A DNA stretch of 64,000 bases from Ignavibacteriota bacterium. GTDB taxonomy: Bacteria > Bacteroidota > Ignavibacteria > UBA10030. The first letter of the stretch is position 1. Each line of letters starts with the position of its first letter. The stretch covers positions 2,688,001-2,752,000 of the forward strand of contig OY969585.1 in NCBI GenBank assembly GCA_963701295.1, written 5' to 3'. Shown here piece by piece: positions 1-8,917 of this stretch. Made by a program: the position numbers and the translations under genes. Under the pieces are notes generated by a model. That model saw only the letters and a list, made by a program, of their open reading frames with translations. It was not told the origin of the DNA and did not search any database.

Positions 1-1
1 A

Positions 2-433
2 ATTCTTAAAGGACTTCGGATGACCATCAGGCAAATGTTCAAGCCGACTTTTACGTCTCAGTATCCGGAAGTACGTTTCAAACCTGAGTCCTCGTTTCGC
101 GGGCGGCCTGTGCTTGTTGCAGAAAACGGTGTCGAGCGCTGCGTCGCATGTGGGCTTTGTGCACGCGTTTGTCCGGCACTGGCAATTGAAGTGCAGGCAT
201 CAGAGACAGAACTTGAAAAAGAACGTTATCCTATCAAGTTTGAAATCAATATGGTACGCTGTATCTTCTGTGGATTCTGCGAAGAAGTTTGTCCGGAAGA
301 AGCAATTGTCATGAGCAATGAGTATTTGCTGGCATTCTCGAGTCAGCAAGAAGCACTGTTCGGCAAGGAAAAACTACTTAAATCGACAGAAGAATTAAAG
401 GATCGATTAGAATTTTTACGGAATCATCGATAA
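2..433 (+). CDS. nuoI: NADH-quinone oxidoreductase subunit I (5'-truncated by window edge)
   Basis: Two CxxCxxCxxxCP 4Fe-4S motifs, YPE..FRGRP and RCIFCGFCEEVCP; frame open from base 2 (ILKGLRMT). Confidence 0.93.
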   Translation: MLKGLRMTIRQMFKPTFTSQYPEVRFKPESSFRGRPVLVAENGVERCVACGLCARVCPALAIEVQASETELEKERYPIKFEINMVRCIFCGFCEEVCPEEAIVMSNEYLLAFSSQQEALFGKEKLLKSTEELKDRLEFLRNHR

Positions 434-497
434 GGAATAGATTCTCACTCACATCGCGTCAGTATCAGGAATTTAATAAAGGGAGGAAATAGCGCCA

Positions 498-2039
498 ATG
501 TTTTCTCAAGTATTCAGTGCCGCAACGTATGGAGTAGATGCCTATCTTGTGCAGGTCGAGACACATCTCGATAATGCACCGCACAAATTCTTTATCGTTG
601 GCCTGCCGGATAATGCCGTCAAAGAAAGTATTCACCGCGTAACCGCTGCTATCAAGAATTCAGATTTCAAATTTCCGAATCGTCGCATGACGGTAAACCT
701 TGCACCTGCCGATGTGAAAAAAGAAGGTTCGTCCTACGACCTGCCGGTAGCCCTTGGAATACTCACTGCATCGGGTCAATTAGAGTCTGACATTCTCAAA
801 GATTTTGTCATACTTGGAGAACTTGCTCTCGATGGAACATTACGCCCGGTCCATGGTGCATTAGTGATTGCTCTGGAAGCGAAGGCGAAGGGAAAGCGTG
901 GCATTCTGCTTCCGGAAGAAAACGCGAGGGAAGCGGCTATGGTGGAGGGCATGGAAGTCTATCCGATGAGAAGTTTGCAGGAGTCAGTAGGATTCTTTGC
1001 GGGAGAACACCGTTTGCTTGAGCCGTTTCATGTAGATATGCATGAAGTGTTTTCGATGGAACAGAGATACACCGTTGACTTCTCGGATGTCAAGGGGCAG
1101 GAAAGTGTGAAACGCGCGATGGAAGTGGCAGCGGCAGGAGGGCATAATATTTTGCTCATTGGCCCGCCCGGTTCCGGTAAAACCATGCTTGCAAAACGTT
1201 TGCCTACCATTCTTCCTCCGATGACATTTGATGAAGCATTGGAAACGACCAAAATACATTCTGTTGCTGGGATATTGCCGCCGCACTCTGCGCTTGTTTC
1301 TGTGCGCCCGTTCCGATCGCCGCACCACACGATTTCCGATGCGGCATTAGTAGGAGGAGGGACTATTCCGCGTCCGGGAGAAATCTCGCTTTCGCACCAT
1401 GGTGTTTTATTTTTGGATGAATTGCCGGAATTTGCGCGGAATGTTCTTGAGGTCATGCGCCAGCCGCTGGAAGACAGCAAAGTCACGATCAGCCGTTCGA
1501 AAATGTCTGTGGATTATCCGGCAAATTTTATGTTGGTCTGTGCGATGAATCCTTGCCCGTGTGGCAATTATGGAAGTTCGACACAAGAATGTACCTGTAC
1601 GCCGATTCAAATTCAGAAATATGTCGGCAAGATATCGGGCCCCTTGCTCGATCGAATTGATATCCATGTGGAGGTACCCACTGTGAAGTATAGTGAGCTG
1701 GCATCGAGAAGAACAGGAGAAGAATCAACTATTATCCGTCAACGGGTGGTGCAGGCTCGATCTGCACAAGCAGAACGATTCAAAGGGCGAAGAGGCTTAT
1801 ACAGCAATGCTGATATGGACTCGAAGGAGATCAAAGAATTTTGCCAAATAGATCAGGCTGGAGCAGAACTCTTAAAGATGGCGATGAGTAAATTAGGACT
1901 TTCTGCACGTGCTTATGATCGGATACTCAAAGTGTCAAGAACCATTGCAGATCTCAGTCAATGCAATGAAATTTGTACAGAACATCTTAGCGAAGCTATT
2001 CAGTACAGGAGTCTTGATAGAAACTTCTACGCGTTTTGA
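498..2039 (+). CDS. comM: YifB/ComM Mg-chelatase-like AAA+ ATPase
   Basis: [53 protein letters not shown]. Confidence 0.96.
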   Translation: MFSQVFSAATYGVDAYLVQVETHLDNAPHKFFIVGLPDNAVKESIHRVTAAIKNSDFKFPNRRMTVNLAPADVKKEGSSYDLPVALGILTASGQLESDILKDFVILGELALDGTLRPVHGALVIALEAKAKGKRGILLPEENAREAAMVEGMEVYPMRSLQESVGFFAGEHRLLEPFHVDMHEVFSMEQRYTVDFSDVKGQESVKRAMEVAAAGGHNILLIGPPGSGKTMLAKRLPTILPPMTFDEALETTKIHSVAGILPPHSALVSVRPFRSPHHTISDAALVGGGTIPRPGEISLSHHGVLFLDELPEFARNVLEVMRQPLEDSKVTISRSKMSVDYPANFMLVCAMNPCPCGNYGSSTQECTCTPIQIQKYVGKISGPLLDRIDIHVEVPTVKYSELASRRTGEESTIIRQRVVQARSAQAERFKGRRGLYSNADMDSKEIKEFCQIDQAGAELLKMAMSKLGLSARAYDRILKVSRTIADLSQCNEICTEHLSEAIQYRSLDRNFYAF

Positions 2040-2369
2040 GAAGTTGCTGGCCTTTTCAGCAATAAAGGACTCTAGAGACGTAACGAGAAATAGGGATTTG
2101 TAGAATAACTATTCCCCTGTGTGCCATTGCCGTGGATTTGTACGCGCGGACATTATCGAAACCGCGCCATAGAAATAGGGGTGCTGGTGTCTTAATATGC
2201 GTTCTAAGCTAACGCAGTCTCATACTCGTTCATTGGTACAGTTCCTGAAAATGTTGTCTGCGGTTAAAATCACTTTGCAATTATCTCTTGAAAATAAGCA
2301 AATAGGCTCCCTAATTTTTTTCTTTCTATTTTTTTTCGTATTATTGAGGCATCGAATAGCGAATGCCTT

Positions 2370-3278
2370 ATGGTCACTCAAGAGTTCCTTACCAAAATCC
2401 CAATCTTTAATAAGCTTTCTGTCGTTGATCTTGATATCCTGAGCAATCTTTGGCATCAACGGGCAGTGAAACAAGGAGATATCCTGTTTCGCAAAGGCGA
2501 TACCGGCTCTTCGATGTTCATTATCCAAGAAGGAACAATAGAAATCTCTATCCCCGTGGAACAAGATCATAAAGATATTCGCGTCTCTGTTTTAAGTCAG
2601 GGAGATTTTTTTGGTGAGCTTTCGCTCATCGATGGTTTGCCAAGAACGGCTACTGCAACAGCAACCCACACTTGCCAGCTTCTCGAAATGAATCGGGACG
2701 ATTTCATCCAATTCTTGATGAGCCGGCCGTCAGTAGCTATATCAATGATAAGCGAAATAGGCAAACGTCTGCAAGCAACCAATGATCTTGTAACATCCCT
2801 TGCCTCCAAGAACGTGAACGTAGAGATGGAAGAACGATTGAGTTTTGGAAATAGACTTGCCGACAAGGTTACGGATTTCGTTGGAAGCTGGACATTTCTC
2901 ATATACTTCTTAGCCGGCGTATTCATCTGGTGCGTTTTAAACTTTATTGAATTGATCTTTCCGATTTTTGATCCATATCCATTCATATTCCTTAATCTCG
3001 TTCTTGCTGTGGTTGCATCACTTCAAGCTCCCTTGATTATGATGAGCCAGAATCGCGCACAGATAAAGGACCGGCTGCGGGCAGAGTTGGATTATCAAAT
3101 TAACCTGAAATCCGAATTGATGTTGCAACAGTTGCATACGAAAATCGACGAGATGCGAGTATCCGAGCTCCAGATGATGCAGGAAACTCTAGAGAAGGAA
3201 TTAGCTCATATTCGTCGTCAGGGACAGGCGAAAGAAGTCTCTCCTCATGGCGATCCGTTTGTGGCGGGGAAGCATTGA
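2370..3278 (+). CDS. cNMP-binding domain + DUF1003 membrane protein
   Basis: FFGELSL..PRTATA cNMP motif; C-terminal FDPYPFIFLNL..QAPLIMMSQNR. Confidence 0.88.
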   Translation: MVTQEFLTKIPIFNKLSVVDLDILSNLWHQRAVKQGDILFRKGDTGSSMFIIQEGTIEISIPVEQDHKDIRVSVLSQGDFFGELSLIDGLPRTATATATHTCQLLEMNRDDFIQFLMSRPSVAISMISEIGKRLQATNDLVTSLASKNVNVEMEERLSFGNRLADKVTDFVGSWTFLIYFLAGVFIWCVLNFIELIFPIFDPYPFIFLNLVLAVVASLQAPLIMMSQNRAQIKDRLRAELDYQINLKSELMLQQLHTKIDEMRVSELQMMQETLEKELAHIRRQGQAKEVSPHGDPFVAGKH

Positions 3279-3304
3279 TATTTATTAGCAAGAATGCTGG
3301 TGGA

Positions 3305-3413
3305 ACTTAACGGTTTTGATATTCGTAATTGCTTTTGAGAATAGTCTTTACAGTCTTCAAACAGAGATTGCGAGAATTTTTGTTTTGATCGACCAAGAAC
3401 GTTCTGGTTACGC
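3305..3413 (+). repeat. possible degenerate attC-like site
   Basis: ACTTAAC (RYYYAAC) just after the DUF1003 gene; GTTCTGG/GTTACGC about 100 bp later; partial arm pairing TTCGTAATT/GATTGCGAG. Confidence 0.3.
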
Positions 3414-3559
3414 AATTTATAAAAACGAATGACCCACAAGATATACCCTCAATGTTTGAAGACGATCCGGAGATAACATCAGAGCGGTTCAGGGGTGTAC
3501 ATAAGATTGTATAGACATATTCCCTTTAATTTTATGATAGTGTATCACGAACTCTTGGT

Positions 3560-4168
3560 TTGGAGACAGAGACAGCTAAAATGTTGATCACAATATTTCT
3601 CGTCGTTTTGATTATCAATATCATTCCAGCTTTCGCACCGCCAACATGGATGGTCTTAGCTTATTTCAAGGAACAGTATAACTTCAATGTTTTTCTTCTC
3701 GCCCTTGATGGAACCATAGCTGCAACCATAGGTCGCTTAATTCTCGCTAGACTTTCAACCCTTCTCATTCGGAAAAGGCTACTGAGTGCACGGACACGGT
3801 CCAATATTGACAACATTAAGAACCGTATCCTCGAGCACAAGCGGCTCACCATCGGCATTTTCGTCTCCTATTCTTTATCACCGCTACCAACAAATCAACT
3901 TTTTTTAGCTTACGGATTGACCGATTTACCATTAAAGTATATTGCGCTCCCATTCTTTTTGGGCCGGTTTTTGAGTTATCTATTTTGGGTTTCGATCATA
4001 TCCAGTGTCACACTAAAAGTGAAAGCCAACCAACTGATGCACGGTGCCTACATCGGTTCCTATTACATCATTGTCCAGATACTTACGCTTGTTGTCGTCT
4101 ACCTATTTACAAGAATAGATTGGCAGATGTTGTTCAAAGAAAAGAAAATGACTCTGATAAAAAAGTGA
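3560..4168 (+). CDS. multi-pass membrane protein (VTT/DedA-like); likely start ATG 3581
   Basis: Hydrophobic ORF with NIIPAFAPPTW, SPLPTNQLF, FFLGR motifs. Confidence 0.7.
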   Translation: METETAKMLITIFLVVLIINIIPAFAPPTWMVLAYFKEQYNFNVFLLALDGTIAATIGRLILARLSTLLIRKRLLSARTRSNIDNIKNRILEHKRLTIGIFVSYSLSPLPTNQLFLAYGLTDLPLKYIALPFFLGRFLSYLFWVSIISSVTLKVKANQLMHGAYIGSYYIIVQILTLVVVYLFTRIDWQMLFKEKKMTLIKK

Positions 4169-4254
4169 GCGTCGAAGGGAAAGGCTGTAAAAATGCCTGA
4201 CACCGTGGTGTTCTTGGATTATGCAATATATTCCGCAATTTATTGAATACGTAA

Positions 4255-4452
4255 TTATTTCTTCTCAGACTTGTCGTCAGGTTGCTTCACTTCTTTTTCG
4301 ACTTCTTCTCGTATATCGCGTGCTGCCTTTCGGAGCTCTCGAATACCCTGGCCTAACCCTTTCGCTATCTCTGGGATCTTTTTTGCACCAAAGAATATAA
4401 AAACGAGAATCAAAATAAGTAAAAGTTCTGGACCACCAATGTTCTCAAACAT
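4255..4452 (-). CDS. tatA: twin-arginine translocase TatA/TatE subunit
   Basis: [26 protein letters not shown]; AGGAG RBS. Confidence 0.93.
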   Translation of the reverse strand: MFENIGGPELLLILILVFIFFGAKKIPEIAKGLGQGIRELRKAARDIREEVEKEVKQPDDKSEKK

Positions 4453-4573
4453 GACTTTTCTCCTTTCATATAATAATATTTTTTGTACAGACTACAGATG
4501 AAAATTTGAGATTTCAATAAACAATATCTCGTATATTTTCATGAGTCATCTTTAAAGGATATTATAATCCATA

Positions 4574-5740
4574 TTACTTTGCTGGAACATACGTGCTCAC
4601 ACCCAATGGAAGAATCTTCATCGTTACACCTACTATGAGTATTTTCGGATCAGCAACTGTTACAAAAATTCCGGGTGAGAAGTAAGATGATGAGATTACG
4701 CCAGGATATATATTCAACCGAAATCGGCAATTCCTCGATGATGAATATACCATAGATGCAAGAAGAGAGTTATTTCGATCATAGTATATTCCTGCCATCG
4801 GCCCTGATTCTACTGTATTTGAGGGAACGCCATTCTGTACTGGTAAACTTTTTACACCAGTTGACGCCATACCAGCACCAAAAGAGATAGCGTCTTCGAT
4901 ATTTCTTTTAAATGAAAGTCCCAAAATCGCAAAGTTACCAAAATGAAAGAATACGCTTGTTGATTTCGACTTTGTCAATGCATATTTCATAACAAAATTC
5001 TGACCTGCATTACGGAACGCTAGCGGGGCGAACGAAATCGCAACAGGCTGAGACCAATCGTTCAGATTTAGCTCGGAAGAAAAGAATTCTGATACTTCAT
5101 CTGAACTGAACAACAAAATGCCTATGGGTTGAAAAATAAGAAAGTCCGGGATGCAATCTTCATTTTGATAGATAGAGTTGCCATTTTCTATCATTTCATT
5201 GAAATATTCGTAAGCCATTGCTGTAACAACTCCAAAGAAAAAAGGAGTCGGATAATTATTATAATCGAACCATTCAGTAAGTTTTCGCGATTCCATTCCA
5301 CCACCGATGCCATGAAGCATATAGTTAGGAACCCATTGGGTTTTGTTGATATTAAGACTTGTAGGAAAAATTTCCTGACTCAAAAAACGATTCCATCCAA
5401 AATCACTAATGACAAGAAGAGGAGATGTTATGCTGCGCCATACACTTGTTGCTCCGTTTTTCCATGGAATAGCAACAAATGTGCTTGGTCTATCAAGTTG
5501 TTGGTAGGTATCGCAACCACCATTAGCAAAGACCGAGATGGGATTATATAGTGCATCTGAGCCGTAGTCGTATGGACGGAAGAAATAATAATTCTTTTCT
5601 TGTCCATACAGCTTCGATGGAGAAAATAGACAGCAAAAAATAATAATGAAGCATGTTGCTGTTACGAAAGACGCCTGTTTATCATTCTTCTTTATCATAC
5701 TACTAGTACCGCGTATCTTTCCAGTCAATAATAATCCCAT
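4574..5740 (-). CDS. hypothetical secreted/outer-membrane protein
   Basis: 388-aa ORF, signal-like N-terminus, aromatic/Gly-rich amphipathic beta-like C-terminal half. Confidence 0.65.
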   Translation of the reverse strand: MGLLLTGKIRGTSSMIKKNDKQASFVTATCFIIIFCCLFSPSKLYGQEKNYYFFRPYDYGSDALYNPISVFANGGCDTYQQLDRPSTFVAIPWKNGATSVWRSITSPLLVISDFGWNRFLSQEIFPTSLNINKTQWVPNYMLHGIGGGMESRKLTEWFDYNNYPTPFFFGVVTAMAYEYFNEMIENGNSIYQNEDCIPDFLIFQPIGILLFSSDEVSEFFSSELNLNDWSQPVAISFAPLAFRNAGQNFVMKYALTKSKSTSVFFHFGNFAILGLSFKRNIEDAISFGAGMASTGVKSLPVQNGVPSNTVESGPMAGIYYDRNNSLLASMVYSSSRNCRFRLNIYPGVISSSYFSPGIFVTVADPKILIVGVTMKILPLGVSTYVPAK

Positions 5741-5830
5741 AGGTCTCTTCTGATTGACGTAAATGAACGAACTTTACTCCATATACAAGAGTAATTACCT
5801 TTTTTCATAATTAAGAAACACTTAAAATAA

Positions 5831-5875
5831 TTGGATATATCTGCAAACCTTCATGAAGGTCGAACAGATATCCAA
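5831..5875. promoter_or_regulatory. long hairpin with perfect 14-bp core palindrome ACCTTCATGAAGGT
   Basis: TTGGATAT(AT)CTG...CAGATATCCAA outer arms enclose the palindrome; lies between two minus-strand genes. Confidence 0.55.
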
Positions 5876-5904
5876 ATATTAAATGAGATACGAAAGAGAA
5901 ACGG

Positions 5905-6291
5905 CTAGATCTGAAGTTTACAGATTAAATCGGAGTCGAAGAATGAGCGAAACTGATTAATTGGTCGTGCATTGGAATTCTGAATCAATAGACCGACGAT
6001 ATCCTGAGTAAGAATCGAATGCGCTGCCAATGACGGGCTATCTTGATCTATACACTGAAAAATTTCCATCAACCGTACTGAAGAAATCGGGCCGAAGGCT
6101 TCTTTGTCGCTATGCAAGAAGTGTGAAACTATGGCAGAAGTTGTTTTATAAGATTGATTTTCTGTCGACTGTCCTTCGTACTCCTCATGTATCATTCCTT
6201 TGGAAAAAATAATATCATCTACATTGATGACGTCGAGGAACAATGACAGTGTTATTGCTATAACGAATATATTATACAATGGATTGTGCAA
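5905..6291 (-). CDS. hypothetical protein with N-terminal hydrophobic segment
   Basis: 128-aa ORF (TTG start), single N-terminal TM/signal segment, ends ...DLICKLQI. Confidence 0.55.
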   Translation of the reverse strand: MHNPLYNIFVIAITLSLFLDVINVDDIIFSKGMIHEEYEGQSTENQSYKTTSAIVSHFLHSDKEAFGPISSVRLMEIFQCIDQDSPSLAAHSILTQDIVGLLIQNSNARPINQFRSFFDSDLICKLQI

Positions 6292-6384
6292 GTTATGTTA
6301 AACCGACATCAATATTGTCAGAAATTACCTACAAGGTAATGATCAAAAAAATAACTTACAAGTAGGTGATTTAACGTGGTAATA

Positions 6385-6831
6385 TTAGAAAATGTTCCCT
6401 TTGAAAAGCTTCAAGTCTTTTTTGAGCTTATTCTTAAGTTTATATTCATCTCGTTCCCACCTACCTAACGTTGTTAGATCAACTTCCGATATTCGAGCTA
6501 GTTCTTTTTGTGTCATTCCTTTCATTAGACGGTACGCTCTTAACTTTTGACCCAAGCTTTGAGCTGCAGATAAATTGGGTTCATAACCAAGAAACTCAAT
6601 GACTTTAGGTATTGCCCACAACATCGGTTCAAAGCGATTCTTTTCCCAGTTGGTAATAGTGGATTCAGTGACTCCAAGAATCTTTGCCACCTGTGATTGG
6701 AATAACCCAAGTTCAATCCGTCGCTTTTTAATATGTTCACTCCACGTTTGTGGATTTTGCGGAATTTTTGTAGGCTTCGGACAATAAAGCACAATTGGTA
6801 AAATAGCGACACAACCTTGCCCCTGCGGCAA
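6385..6831 (-). CDS. tandem XRE/Cro-C1 helix-turn-helix protein
   Basis: Two HTH_3 units: HIKKRRIELGLFQSQVAKILGVTESTITNWE and LRAYRLMKGMTQKELA..TTLGRWE; start uncertain (TTG 6831 or GTG 6792). Confidence 0.85.
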   Translation of the reverse strand: MPQGQGCVAILPIVLYCPKPTKIPQNPQTWSEHIKKRRIELGLFQSQVAKILGVTESTITNWEKNRFEPMLWAIPKVIEFLGYEPNLSAAQSLGQKLRAYRLMKGMTQKELARISEVDLTTLGRWERDEYKLKNKLKKDLKLFKGNIF

Positions 6832-6884
6832 TTATGAAAGTTCGACACAGGAGTACACCTGTACACCGATTCAAATTCAAAAAT
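6815..6884 (+). repeat. degenerate 70-bp direct copy of comM 1551-1620 (att-like junction)
   Basis: 61/70 identical, no gaps, by manual alignment; encodes [23 protein letters not shown] vs [23 protein letters not shown]. Confidence 0.92.
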
Positions 6885-8742
6885 GGAAAAACGACAAGTA
6901 CTCCTCTTATTGATTATATTCTTAATAATGTTTAAGTACGTCTGCATTTCTCAATCTAGTAATACTTCCATAGCAAAAAACGGATTTCAATCATCGCTTT
7001 TCAAACCTCAAAGCATTACTAAAGTTGGAGAAAATCATTATTTTTTCGATTTCGGAAAAGATGCTTTTGGAACTTTAGTTCTGAATCTTCAATCTTCCCA
7101 AACAGATACGCTCATAATTCATTTGGGAGAAAAAACTATTGATGCTCATACAATAGATAGAAACCCTGGAGGTACTATTCGATATCAAAAAGTAGTATTG
7201 TCTGATCTTCCTTTGAACAAGGAATATGCTATTAAAATTCAACCCGATAAACGGAATACGACACTGCCGGCTATCGCGTTACCTGATTTATTCGGTGTAA
7301 TTATGCCATTTCGCTATTGCGAATTAGAAAATTTAAAGATACCCGTAGACGATATAACTTTAAATCAAAGGGTTTATAATTATCGGTTTGACGATACTTC
7401 CAGTGATTTTATATGTTCTGATACAGTGCTCAATAAGATTTGGGATTTATGCAAGTATACTATAAAAGCAACTAGTTTTTGCGGGGTATATATTGATGGA
7501 GATCGTGAAAGAACTCTTTATGAAGCAGATGCTTTTATTAATCAATTAAATCATTATTGTGTTGATCATGAGTATTCCATGGCACGAAAAACCAATGAGT
7601 ACTTTATACATAATCCAACATGGCCAACTGAATGGATTTTACATACTGTATTATTATTTTATTACGACTTTTTATATACCGGGAATATAGAATCTATTTC
7701 AAAAAATTATGAAGCATTAAAAATTAAAACCTTGATTGATATAGAACGAGAAGATGGATTGATAAGTTCTCAATCAGAAAAAGTAACCGATGCATTGATG
7801 AAAAACTTGGGCTTTCAAAACGCTACACAAAGAATACACGACATTGTTGATTGGCCTCCCTCGCAAAGCGAGACTTCCTGGAAACTTGCTACTATGGAAG
7901 GGGAACGTGATGGATATGAAATGGTTGGAATCAATACTGTTGTTAATTCGTTTCACTATATCAATTTAAAATTCATGGCTGAAATAGCCGGTTTTTTTGG
8001 AAAGAAAGAAGACTCGATTAATTTTTACAAAAAATCTATAGCAGTAAAAGGCGCTATAAATCAAAAATTGATAGATAAAAAAATGGGTATTTATGTCGAT
8101 GGGGAAAATTCAAAACATTCGTCTTTGCATGCGAATATGTTTCCTTTGGCATTCGGTATTGTACCAAACGAATATCTAAAAACCGTAGCTTCATTTTTAA
8201 AAGCGAGGGGAATGGTATGCAGTGTTTATGGCGCTCAATATTTATTGGAAGGATTGTATAACCAAAACGAAGAAGATTATGCCTTTCATGTAATGACATC
8301 GACAAGCGATCGTAGTTGGTGGAATATGATAATGGTGGGATCGACCTTAACGCTTGAAGCGTGGGACATGAAATACAAACCAAATTCAGGTTGGAACCAT
8401 GCATGGGGAACAGCACCGGCAAATATTATTACACGATGCATGTGGGGCATTATTCCTACACAGCCAGGATTTACGAGAGTGCAAATAAAGCCCCAACGTA
8501 GCAATCTCACATACAGTAAAATTAAAGTGCCAACGATGAGAGGAACAATCATAGCTGAATATAGGGTACTTCATAATAAACATAAATTGTTTATCATTGA
8601 ATTACCTCAAGATATGAAGGGATCTTTTGTTTTAATGCACGATGATAATTCCGGAATATTTGTAAACAAAAAAGCGGTTCAAGCAAATGGAGATAGTGTG
8701 CCGATAAATTCAGGTTCAAACCAGATTGAAATAAAACAATAA
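6883..8742 (+). CDS. alpha-L-rhamnosidase (GH78 family), secreted
   Basis: Signal peptide, DFGKDAFG, DGDRER..YEADA, TLEAWD, HAWGTAP; visibly AT-rich. Confidence 0.88.
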   Translation: MEKRQVLLLLIIFLIMFKYVCISQSSNTSIAKNGFQSSLFKPQSITKVGENHYFFDFGKDAFGTLVLNLQSSQTDTLIIHLGEKTIDAHTIDRNPGGTIRYQKVVLSDLPLNKEYAIKIQPDKRNTTLPAIALPDLFGVIMPFRYCELENLKIPVDDITLNQRVYNYRFDDTSSDFICSDTVLNKIWDLCKYTIKATSFCGVYIDGDRERTLYEADAFINQLNHYCVDHEYSMARKTNEYFIHNPTWPTEWILHTVLLFYYDFLYTGNIESISKNYEALKIKTLIDIEREDGLISSQSEKVTDALMKNLGFQNATQRIHDIVDWPPSQSETSWKLATMEGERDGYEMVGINTVVNSFHYINLKFMAEIAGFFGKKEDSINFYKKSIAVKGAINQKLIDKKMGIYVDGENSKHSSLHANMFPLAFGIVPNEYLKTVASFLKARGMVCSVYGAQYLLEGLYNQNEEDYAFHVMTSTSDRSWWNMIMVGSTLTLEAWDMKYKPNSGWNHAWGTAPANIITRCMWGIIPTQPGFTRVQIKPQRSNLTYSKIKVPTMRGTIIAEYRVLHNKHKLFIIELPQDMKGSFVLMHDDNSGIFVNKKAVQANGDSVPINSGSNQIEIKQ

Positions 8743-8747
8743 ACTTG

Positions 8748-8879
8748 CTATAACATCAGCTCATACGTAAGGCGGGTTTCAGAGGGTATAGTAGTTCTGT
8801 TCCCATAAGCAAGTATTGTTACGGCGGATACAAACGCAACTTCGCAAACCTGCATGGCGTAAAACTGCAAATGTTATGT
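8748..8879 (+). repeat. attC-like recombination site
   Basis: CTATAAC...GTTATGT ends; ATAACAT/ATGTTAT, CAG/CTG, TACG/CGTA and GCGGGTTT/AAACCTGC arms; starts 6 bp after the GH78 stop. Confidence 0.7.
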
Positions 8880-8917
8880 GCCGGTGGCAACCAATTCCAG
8901 AAACGAAGGAGATCTTC

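Noticed and set aside
2178-2260. GGGGTGCT resembling a TPP riboswitch 5' end
   Set aside because: No CTGAGA or ACCTGAT core motifs follow, and no thiamine gene downstream
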